Positions 53,444 to 64,000 of a DNA stretch of 64,000 bases are shown here, in pieces. A program made the translations under genes and the position numbers. Location of the stretch: positions 7,359,009 to 7,423,008 of the forward strand of contig MU058781.1 in the NCBI GenBank assembly GCA_013265495.1, written 5' to 3'. Source of the stretch: Vicugna vicugna (Eukaryota). Below the pieces are notes generated by a model. The model did not search any database. It worked only from the letters and a program-made list of their open reading frames with translations, and was not told the DNA's origin. Positions within the stretch are counted from its first letter, which is position 1; each line of letters begins with the position of its first letter.

Positions 53444-53849
53444 TCTAAAAGCTTCTGAGTGAAACTTTACTTTGGACTGTGCGCTTTTTGGTTCTTTTTC
53501 TATCCAAGTAAAAGGAGAACAATGAAAAAATTTACATCAGATTTCTTGTTTAAAGTGTTTAGCAAACGGTTAGGTGTTCAATTAATTTTAGCGAATATAA
53601 TTTGATGCAGGGATTAAATGCTACAATGTATATAAGAGATCTGGCACATAGAAGACCTTTAAGAAATGGTATTACTTGTTGTAACTCTACTTTTAAGTAA
53701 CAAATTACTATATAAAAGTTTAATATGAGTGCAGTATGGTATAGTTATTTCACCTAAGACAGCATTTTAAGTGCTAATAGAAAAATTAACAACATAATAT
53801 ATATGAATACATAAAGATGCATATTACTTTAAATATAAATTTTATTACT

Positions 53850-56800
53850 TTTAATGACTCACGCCGTATATAAATTTCAATTGCATAGTCTCTGTGTGGT
53901 CACACATACATTTTGGAACTATCTAGAAGAATAGTGACAGATGTATGTTTAACTTTTTAAGAAAAATCCAGTTTTCTAAGTTGTGTCATTTTGAAGTCCC
54001 ACAAGCAGTTCCACATCTTCTCCAATACTTGGTATGGTAAGTGACTTTAAATTTAGCCATTATAATGGGATGCAGTGATTCATGTTTTGAATTTGCATTC
54101 TCCTGATGACTAGCAGTGTCGCTGATTTTTTTTGTTGTTGTTTTGTTTTGCCATTTGTATGTCTTTAATTGTGACATGGCTGTCAAATGTTTCCTCCAGG
54201 TTTTATTGGATTGTTATTTTACTGTAAGTCTGAAGAGATTTTTAAAAAAATTGTGGTAAAGTACACATAACATAAAATTTATCGTTTTAACCGTTTTAAA
54301 GCATACAGTTGAGTAGTAAGTATGTTCACACTGTTGGGTAGTCTCCAGAACTCTTTTCATTTTGCAAAACCCATGAAATAGCAACTCTTTTTTTTTTCCC
54401 TCTTCCCTCTTCCCTGTCTGTATGAATCTGACTGCTCTAGGTACTTCATATAAGTAGACTCGTACAATATTTGTCTTTTTATGATTGGCGTATTTCACTT
54501 AGTAATATGTCCTCTGGATTCATCCATGTTGTACGTGTATCAGAATTTCCTTTCTTTTAAGGCTGAATAATATATATTACACATTTTGCTTGTTCATTCA
54601 ATCCATCTTTGGATACTTGGGTTGCCTCTATCTTGGTTATTGTGAATAATGCCATGATGAACATGAATAAACAAATATTTGAGTCCCCACTTTGGATTCT
54701 TTTGGTATATGCCCAGAAGTAGAATTGTTGGATCATATGGTAATTCTATTTTGAATTTTTTGAATTTTTCTTACAGGTAGAAATTACTTCTGTGTAACTC
54801 TACTGTTTTACTTTTTGGTTTTGTTTTTCTATCACTTCCCACTTCTCTCTCTTTTGTATTTGAATATTTTAAAATATGTTAATTTACCTCAACTTTTTTG
54901 GTTCTGTTTCTTTGTATTTTTTCTATTCATTGCTCTGGGGATTACAATATACATATCTAATCTTTCATAGTCTACTCAGAACTAGAATAGTATTGTCACA
55001 CACAGCAAAAAGGTCCTCATACCCACTTTCCTCAATATCAGAAATTTCATATTTATTAATGCTGTATATTTTGGCAACTCCACCACATAATGGTATAATT
55101 TTGCTTTAAATACTTACATATTTAAAAATGAAAGAGTTAAACATAGTCCTATATTTACCCAGATATTTACTAGTTTTGATCCTCTTTCTTAACTTCTTAA
55201 GATCCTAGGTCCTCTCTGGGATCATTTTCCTTCAGTCTGAGGAAATTCTTTTTATCATTTTTTAATAAAGCATGTCAGCTGGTGAAAAATTCTGTTAGTT
55301 TTGCTTTAAAAATGTCTTTCTAAGATGTGCTTCATTGTCTTATGAGAAATATGCAATTTTTTTGTATAATTCTTTTTTTATTGAAGTATAGTTGGTTTAC
55401 AATGTTGTGTTAGTTTCAGGTGTACAGCAAAGTGATTCAGTTATACATATACATTATATTTTTATTCTTGTCCATTATAGGTTATTGCAAGCTATTGAAT
55501 ATAATTCCCTGCGCTATACAGGAGGACTTTGTTGTTTATCTGTTCTGTTTGAAGTAGTTTGTATCTACTAATCCCAGACTCCCAGTTTATCCCTCCTCTA
55601 CCCCCTTCCCTTTTGGTAACCATAAGTTCAATTTCCTATGGCTGTTAGTCTCTTTCTCTTTTGTAAATAACATTTACATTTGTGTCATTTTTTTAGATTC
55701 CACATATAAGTGATATCATAAGGTATTTGTCTTTCTCTGTGTGACTGACTTCACTTAGTATAATTATCTCAAAGTCCATCCATGTTTCTGCAGATGGTGT
55801 TATTTCATTCCTGTTTATGGCTGAGTAATAATCCATTGTGTACATACATGCATGCGTGCACGCACACACACACCCAACTACTTTATCCAGTCATCTGTTT
55901 ATGGTCATTTAGATTGTTTCCACGTCTCAACTATTGCAAATAGTGCTCCTATGAATGTTGAGGTGCATGTATCTTTTAGTTTTGTAATTGTAGTACAGTT
56001 AGTTTACGATGTTGTGTCAATTTCTGGTGTACAGCATAATGTTTCAGTCATGCATATACTTACTATTTGTTTTCATATTCTTTTTCACTATAGGTTACTA
56101 CAAGATACTGAATATATTTCTCTGTGCTATACAGAAGAAACTTATTGTTTATCTATTTTATATATAGTAGCATCTACAAATCTCTAACTCTCAAAATATG
56201 CAATATTTTAATCACTGTTCTCTTGTATATAGGGTGTCATTTTTTTCTAGCTATTTTACATACTTTATCTTTGATATTTAATAGTTTGGTTATGATGTAT
56301 GTAGGCATGGTTTTCTATGAAATTATCTTATTTAGATTTGCTAAGCTTCTTGAAGTGTATATTTGTATCTTTCATCAAATTTGGGAAGTTTTTCATCATT
56401 ATTCCTTTAGGTATCATTAGTTCCTAATCTAGTCCTAATGGGACTCAAATTATAAACACTTATTATTTTTTATATTGTCTTATAGGTGCTTAAAATTCAG
56501 TTCATTTTTAAACCAATCGTCTTTCTATTTTTCAGATTAGATGACTTCTATGAACTATTTTCAGTTTAAATGACTCTTAAACCTCCATCCTGATATTAAG
56601 CCCTTATTAAATCCAATACATTTTAAAATTCAGATATTGTATTTTTAAATTCTTAAATTTCCTTTGCATCTGTATATAGTTCCATTTCTCTGCTGAGATT
56701 TTCTGTCTGTTTATGTATTTCAAGGATCTTTTCCTTTCCACATTGTTCATTGTTGTGGAAGCTGTTTTTAAATCTTTAATTATTCCATCATCTGGAATAA

Positions 56801-57250
56801 TTCTTTGGCATCTATTCATTGTCTTTTCCCTCAAATTCTCCAGCTTCTTTGTATGTCGAACAATTTTGGAATATACCCTGGTGATTGTTGTGGAGCCACT
56901 GGGTTCCATTCCAATTCTCTGGAAAATCTTGATTTTTTTTTTAAGCTGGCTGTCAACCCAGTTAGATTCAAACTAAGTTTTCTCTCACCTTATGTGGTTA
57001 GTAGTTCAAATCTCAGTTTAGTTCTGAAAGTCCTTGTTATGCAGTTTAGAATTTCCATTTGATTTTTAAAAAATACATTCAATTGTCTTTGAAATTCTAT
57101 ATTTTATAGTCTGTCATTGTGCATTTTAATCACAAATGTCTTAAATTCTGTGTCTGATAACTCCAGTATCTCCACTTCTTCAGTCTAATTCTGCATATAT
57201 TTTTCCTCTTGATTTTTCACCTTAAATCTATTTTACACTTATGTGTATAG
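53850..57250 (-). mobile_element. Cluster of nested L1 fragments of several ages (including 3' ends at ~54240-54765, ~55370-55975 and ~55980-56195)
   Basis: Multiple antisense L1 3'UTR starts (ttgtggtaaagtacacataacataaaattta; ttattgaagtatagttggtttacaatg) within older L1M sequence. Confidence 0.8.
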
Positions 57251-58199
57251 TACTTGTTATCAATATTCCATCAAATTTTCCAGGAATTCAGCTACAACGT
57301 AAATACAAGAAAGCTTTTTCATTGCATTATTGGTAACTTTACCAAAAGCTTTACATTTTTTAAGGAAATTATGTCATCAAAGGCAGTGCTGCGTATGGTA
57401 TTTGTGTCATCAGTCCACATGTCTGCTGGACTACATTGGCCTATCTATTAATTGAGGTTCTACATGTACATGTGGGTATAAGCAGTGGTTTTCTTCACTA
57501 TGTCTTCTGGCTGGTGCCTGATACTGATTGGTGCCTGAGTATTTACATATTGAGATATATATTGTCACCGGTTTCTTTTATTCTACTTCATCTTTATTAT
57601 TTTTATAGTATTTTACTGTTTTTCAAAAGTAAATGTGTTGTGATGGGTTAAATATCTGTAAATTTTATTTCAGGACCATAAAAATTCATTACAAAATCAA
57701 TTTTATAAAAAGGAGGTGTTATGTTCCATAGTGCCATGGGCTGGAAGCATTGTTTTAACATGTATATTTCCATTCCATAATAATCATTCTGACAGCTATG
57801 CAGCAGATATATCTGTCAGGGATCAAAAGGCAGGGTGACTAATTGAGTGACTACTATAGTGTAGACCATGTAAGACAGAGTTCTGAACAAGTCAATATGT
57901 GTAGAAGTGAACAGAAAGAGATGTAACAGAGGTATTTTTAGGAAGTACAATGCAAAATGAATAGAAGTTGGGAGCAAATCCAAACTGGGAAAATGTTGTA
58001 TCCTAATGTGGAACTCAAGTACATGTATATGTATATTTTAACCCAAAAGATTAGGTTTGCTTAGTCCTAGAAATGTGAATGTACAACAAGGCAGCTTTGT
58101 TGTTTTTTTCTAGCTCAGTGGAAAAGTCTTGTTTCTGCACCTAGGTATAGCCCATAGACTCTAAAAATACACATAAGCCAACATAACTCAGTATCTTCT

Positions 58200-58560
58200 C
58201 AAGAAAGCATTTATCTTTGTGCTCTTCTGTCACAATTGATGGTTGATGACATCATCAACTATCTAGTTGTTCAAACTGAAAACCTCAGAGTTATTTTTTT
58301 CTCGTAACCATCACTCACCTTCCATCAAGTTCTGTTGGCTATTCTTCAGAAATGACCATTGGTCTCATTTGTCTCCTTAATGCCCTCTCTACCAGCTGTG
58401 GGTCTTCCCCATCTTTTGTGTAGCCTCTTGCTACTGCCTTCTATGGAGTTTACCTGCCTCCAGACTTTACAACCAAAACTGATTCTGTACATGGCTGCAG
58501 ACTTGTTAAAAAACCCAATCTAATCAGCCTCTCCCACCAACATAAATGAATCAGAGCATC
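58200..58560 (+). mobile_element. L2 fragment
   Basis: catcatcaactatctagttgttcaaactgaaaacctcagagttatt...catcaagttctgttggctattctt. Confidence 0.55.
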
Positions 58561-60636
58561 CATCCTGACTTTCTTTTGTTTTAGATTAAACATTTATGAC
58601 TTTTTATACTTTAAAATTATTTCTAAAACATTTTTTTATCATACCTTCTAACTGTTCTCTCTTTGTCCAGTCCTTGACTATCATTATAGCAAATCAGTTT
58701 GAGTTCTCCAAGTACTTCCTGGACAATTACATTTCAATATCTTCATTTACTTCTTGCATTTTAGAAGATTAACACTGGATTTATTTTCCCTTGTCAATTA
58801 TGGATTAAATAGGGTACTTATGATTATTTCAGTTGAAGATGTTGGGCATCATGCTGTTGGTAAGGAACATAATTGCCTGTCATACCCCCTTATTGCCATA
58901 TGGAAATAAAATTTAACTTGTATCATTTGACCTCCTGCTCTGTCCTAGAGCACAATTTTCTTAAGACTGACAACTGTCTATTTCTCGAAAATCAGTCAAA
59001 ATTAGTAAATTATGCCTGCTTAACAGACTGTGGTTTTTAACAAAGCACATGAAATGTGTTTAGCTTAATCAACTATTATTGGGAATGATGATCATTGTCA
59101 AATTGCTCCAAAGGAAAACAAACCAACAAACTTGTAAACATGTGCTTGGCACAGAAATTTGGCTTAATTGAACTAAATTTTTAAAGAGAGAGAGTGAAAG
59201 AGAGCTGGAGTGAGAAGCATGTTTGATGAAGGCTGGAAAATCTACATGTCAGCAATGATAAACTTGTTATTTAATAAGGTTAATAATAGATAAAGTCCCC
59301 TAAAGATGAATTGTTATCACAGTTGACGACTGTTTTATTAAAATGTTAATGGCCTGAGGCAAAAGCAAACTGCTCTCTTAATCTGCCAGAAGAACTGCTT
59401 TTTTCAGGAATTATCATACCCCACAGCACATGGGATTTGAGCAAGCCATAATAAGCATATTTGAAATTTGGACCAGACATAGCTCCTGAAATCTTAACTT
59501 GACTGAACTACGATGCATTTCCAATGCTCATTCATGGTCAGGCTTCTTCCTCCTGGTGGCAAAATATATGACACTGATTTTTGCACATGGAACTCTATTG
59601 AGAGAAGCTTCTATAGTTTAATTTTGTTTTTCTTTCTTTTCTTTTCTTTTTTTTTTGTTTTTTGTTTGTTTGTTTTTCTTTTCAAGGTTGAAGGAAGTAG
59701 CTAGTGAGATTTTTTTTCTCCCCTCTCCTCCATGTACGTGATAAGCAAGCCAAGGGCATTTTCTAGTAAATGTGATTGCCTGCACCATACAATGCACCTT
59801 TTCCATAATGGCTGGAATAAAAATAAAAGTATTCAGCAGCCCCTTCAAGGACAATCAAGTGAGTCAACCCAAAGTTGACTGTATATAACCGTGATGGATT
59901 ACATTGTGATTTGTTTGGGCCCATAATCAGAACCACAAAAGACCTCTGTCAGATAATGCTGTATCTCTACCAGTGCAATATTAGCTCAGATCACAAAAGA
60001 AACAGAGTTCAAATTCAATTCTTTCTTATCAACATTTTCCACAGTTTTATCCTATGTAACTGCACATCAGTGAAAAATTCAAATCACAAATACATCATTA
60101 CATTGACTGTTGTATTGTGCCTCTGAAAGAGGAGAAAAAAGAAATATTCAGTATCTTTTAAATTATAAGTGACTTTAAGGGGCCTGATGGTGGCAAGAAG
60201 GTGAAATTGACAGCTCCGAAAAACTGTCATATTAGGGTAAGTGTGGCAAAAACTCTCACAAGTTTAATATAAAGAAAAAATTGAAAGTCCCCAAATTGTG
60301 AGACCCAGGGAGGAACAAGTAGTCTGTAATCAGTACTAGCAAAATGGACAGTGGCATCTGATCCTGTTTTATGCTTTGTATGGATTGAATGGTGGAGTAC
60401 AAAATTTTGATCCTATAGGTGTTAATCTGTATTTTTAATGGTAGTATCTTTATTGTTGATTTTTCTGGCTATAAAACTAATCCATTGTTTAATAATATTA
60501 GAAGCTTAGTTACATACTTTTCTCACAAAATAGTATTTCATGAATATATTTTCATGTTAATACATGTATCATTACATGCTGTGTTAAAAAGAAAAATGGA
60601 TGTATTTCAGCTTCTCCCATCAAAGGCAAAATCAAC

Positions 60637-60773
60637 TCTTCCTCCCTTCCCTCCACCCTTCCCTCCCCTTGTCCCTTCCCTCCCCCTTCCCTCTCCTTCC
60701 CCTTCCCTCCCCTCCCCTCCTCCTTTCTCTTCTCCTCCCTCCCCCTCTTCCTCTTTCTTTCCCTCTCTTTTCC
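60637..60773. repeat. CT-rich low-complexity tract
   Basis: Directly visible polypyrimidine run. Confidence 0.9.
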
Positions 60774-61057
60774 TGTTAGAATTATAAAAATGTAATCACC
60801 TGATACTTTTCTTTATTTTGTATTTTGCTTGCTGTTTTGGAAGTTGTAAATACATATTTTATCTGCATTTTTTGGTTAAGAATTACTAAAAAGATTATTT
60901 GCAGTTTAAAACAAAATTGTTTAAAGAAAAACACCACAAATGCTCACATACCCATTAACTAATGTAAGTAATAAAAAGTTATTAATAGAGTTAGACTCTA
61001 CCAGTAGACTATCTCTTGTATACCAACTGCTCAGTACATATACCACAATTCATTTTT

Positions 61058-61883
61058 CTGTTCTTTATTTTTTTTTAATATGTTTATTGAAGTATAGTCA
61101 GTTTACAATGTTGTGTCAGTTTCTGGTGTACACCACAGTATTTCAGTCATATAGGAACATACATATATTCATTTTCCTATTCTTTTTCACCATAAATTAC
61201 TATAAGACATTGAATATAGTTCCCTGTGCTGTATATAATATAAACTTGTTGTTTATCTGTTTTATATATAGTAGTTAGCATCTGCAAATCTTGACTTCCC
61301 AGTTTTTCCCTTGCCACCCTCTTCTCTCCTGGTGACCATAAGTTTGTTTTCTATGTGAGTCTGTTTCTGTTTTGTAAATGAGTTCATTTGTATTTTCTTT
61401 CTTTCTCCCCTCCCCTCTTCTTTTCTTTGTTTCTTTCTTTCTTTTCTTCCTTCCTTCTTTCCTTCTTTCCTCCCTCTTTCCTTTCCTTTCCTTTCTTTTC
61501 CTTTCCTTTCCTTTTTAGATTCCACATATAAGTGCTATCATATGGTATTTTTCTATCTCTTTCTGGCTTACTTCACTTAGAATGACATTCTCCAGGTCCA
61601 TCTATGTTGCTGCAAATGGCATTATTTTATTATTTTTTATGGCTGAGTAGTATTCCATTATATAAATATACCACAACTTCTTTATCCAGTTATCTGTTGA
61701 TGGACATTTAGGTTGCTTGATTATTGTAAATAGTGCTACTATGAACATTGGGGTGCATGTATCTGTTTGAATTGATTCCCTCTGGATATATGCCCAGGAG
61801 CAGGACTGCTGGATCAAATGTAGTTTTGTTCGGCCATTATGGAAAACAGTACAGAGATTCCTCAAAAGACTGTTCTTTATTTT
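61058..61883 (-). mobile_element. 5'-truncated L1 with 5' inversion (twin priming) and 14-bp TSD
   Basis: Antisense L1 3' end to ~61816, then sense-oriented aatgtagttttgttcggccattatggaaaacagtacagagattcctcaaaaga; TSD ctgttctttatttt at 61058 and 61870. Confidence 0.9.
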
Positions 61884-61899
61884 ATTAAAAAAAATGTGG

Positions 61900-63725
61900 A
61901 TTATATTCGCTATATCACTAACAGTGCTGCTCAGAACTTTCTTTTACATGTCTTTTGGTATATACCCCTCCACTCTCTGATGGGTATCAATACCTAGAAT
62001 TAATATTGCAGGTCATAGGATGTTAAAAAAAAAAAAAAAAGAAACAAGTTTTAATAGCTCCTCCCATTTTCCAAAGTGCTTGAAACAATTTGTGCTTCCA
62101 GTAGCACAGAATGAAAGTTCCTGTTACTCAGAAATCCTTGACAAAACTTGAAGTTGTTAGTCATCTTAACTGTAGTCATTCTCATTGGTTTGTATATGTT
62201 TTCTTGGAGTTTTAATTTGTGTTTCTTGTATACATAATGATATTGAGAACATATTCTTGGCTTTTTTTAACCATCTCAGCATTTTGTTTTTGTTATTTGA
62301 TAACTAAAAAAATGTTGGGTTGCCTAATTTTTAAATTTATTTGAATACTTTTTTATATATTAAGAAACAAGCAAAATTTACATTTTAACCAATAGTTTTT
62401 CTGAATTTGTGTATTAATGCCAATTGTTTGTTTATAGGTCTTGTGTGTTTTCTGTAAGTTTTATTTCCTTCCTTTTTCCTTTTTTTTTTTTTTTTTTTTT
62501 AATTTTTCCTTTTTTATTTTTTAAAATATTTTTTTTTTTTTACTAACTATGACCTTTAATAAAATGCCAAATAGATGTAGTGATCTAGATCTGAGGGGGA
62601 AATTTGTATATTTTACCACTAAATGTGGTATTTATTGTTTGTGTCATTTAGATACCCTTAATCGAGTTAAGAGAGTTTCCTTTCCCCCCTTGTTTGCTAA
62701 GAGTTTTATCGTGAGTGGGCAATGATTTGTAATTAACTTTTTATTGAAGTAAACATCCATACATGTAAGTGCACGAATTATAAGGATATAGCTTAAAAAT
62801 ACTAGTGAATCCACATTACCACTGTGCCTTGGTGTTATCTGTTATTTCCATTTCAGTATTATAGAAGGTATGGGGTAGTAGTGACACATCTTAAATTAAC
62901 CTGCATTTTCCTATTGAATAATGAAGCTGAACACAGTTTTTCTATGCTTAGTGACCATTTGAATATCCTTTACAGTAAAGTGTAGAATTTTTTGCTGAGT
63001 TTTCTATTTGATTTCCTGAAATTTTTTGGATTGATTTATAAGTTTTCTTTATGTGTTCTTAGATTAGCCCTTTTCAGATATATGTATTGAAAATTTCTTA
63101 ATCCACTCTGTGGCTTGCTTTTACACTTTTTTAGAGTATCTGTTGATAAAGAATCATATTTTATAATGATCTAATTTAATTTTAATTTATGGTTATTGAT
63201 TTTGGGTTTTGTTTTTTTGTCTATACTAGCATCATGAAGTTTTCTCCCAGGTTACCTTTTAAAATCTCCCTTTTTCATGTGTGCAGTGAGATAATGGTCA
63301 ATATTTTTTCCCATAGTGTTGTCTAGTTGATCTAGCACCGTTTATTGAAAAAACCATTCATTAGCTAGTGCTCTGCACTGTCACCTTTGTGGTAAAATCA
63401 GGTGACCATGAATGTATAGGTCTGTGGCTGGATTCTTTATTCTGTTTCATTGGGCCATTTTCCTTCCTATGCCAACATCAAATTGTCTTAAGGAGATTTA
63501 TTCTAAATTTGTACTAATTAAGGTCTCCTGCTTTGTTCTTTCTTTTCAATAGTGCCTAAGGACTTTGTTCTTTCCCTTAATTTCAGAATATGATTGTAAA
63601 TTTGACAAAAAATCCTACTGCAATTTAAATGGATTACATGTAATCTATGATCTGTATGGGTAGAATTGATGATTTTACTATACCAGGAAATAAACCAAAA
63701 GTTTACAAAAGAAAGAGAAAATATA
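61900..63725 (-). mobile_element. Old L1M fragments
   Basis: tgttgtctagttgatctagcaccgtttattgaaaaaacc...ttctttattctgtttcattgg...ggattacatgtaatctat, antisense ORF2 remnants. Confidence 0.7.
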
Positions 63726-63729
63726 GACA

Positions 63730-63860
63730 CAGGTTTCCCTGCTATCCAAACTAGAGTGTTCCTTGGAAATTTTCATAAACCAAAATGGTATAAGCAAAGA
63801 AGCAATTACTTTAGGATACATCTTGCTAATAGATGCACAAAATAAGTCGAGATGTTGTGC
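63730..63860. mobile_element. TcMar-Tigger-like DNA transposon end
   Basis: caggtttccctgctatccaaactagagtgttcc...aaccaaaatggtataagcaaagaagcaattac resembles a Tigger terminal region. Confidence 0.5.
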
Positions 63861-64000
63861 TAATTAACTTCTCTATACATATTAACTATCTTTAACTGCT
63901 GAAAAATTTTGTAATATATATTGTGGTTTTTCTGAAAAAGAAAAATATGAGGTTTAAAGAAATTGGGTATCATCTAAAGTCAAAAGTCATGAAGCTTGAC

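Noticed and set aside
1..64000. CRISPR arrays, operons or other prokaryotic systems
   Set aside because: The sequence is mammalian; tandem repeats are head-to-tail duplications without unique spacers

Overview
AT-rich, repeat-dense mammalian genomic DNA, most likely camelid: it carries a tRNA-derived Vic-1-type SINE and related young L1 3' fragments. I found no convincing protein-coding exon, RNA gene or prokaryotic feature. The long ORFs are L1 ORF2 remnants, microsatellite read-throughs or chance. Much of the window is recognisable transposon debris (L1, L2, CR1/L3, MIR, MaLR/ERV LTRs, MER20, MER33, Tigger-like), separated by unique blocks that look like conserved non-coding elements. Most L1s lie on the minus strand, consistent with a large intron of a plus-strand gene (inference; host not identifiable). 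Most notable: (1) a ~190-bp orphan CpG-rich cassette at 47581-47770 with GC-box, ETS, NRF1 and BANP-like motifs, wedged between an L1 5' end and an L2; (2) a ~200-bp diverged copy of sequence at ~42.8 kb that splits an old LTR at ~45.6-45.8 kb; (3) a twin-primed, 5'-inverted L1 with a 14-bp TSD; (4) a ~300-bp pure pyrimidine tract containing (CCT)41. Repeat family names come from visual recall of consensus sequences and repeat boundaries are approximate unless a TSD is given.
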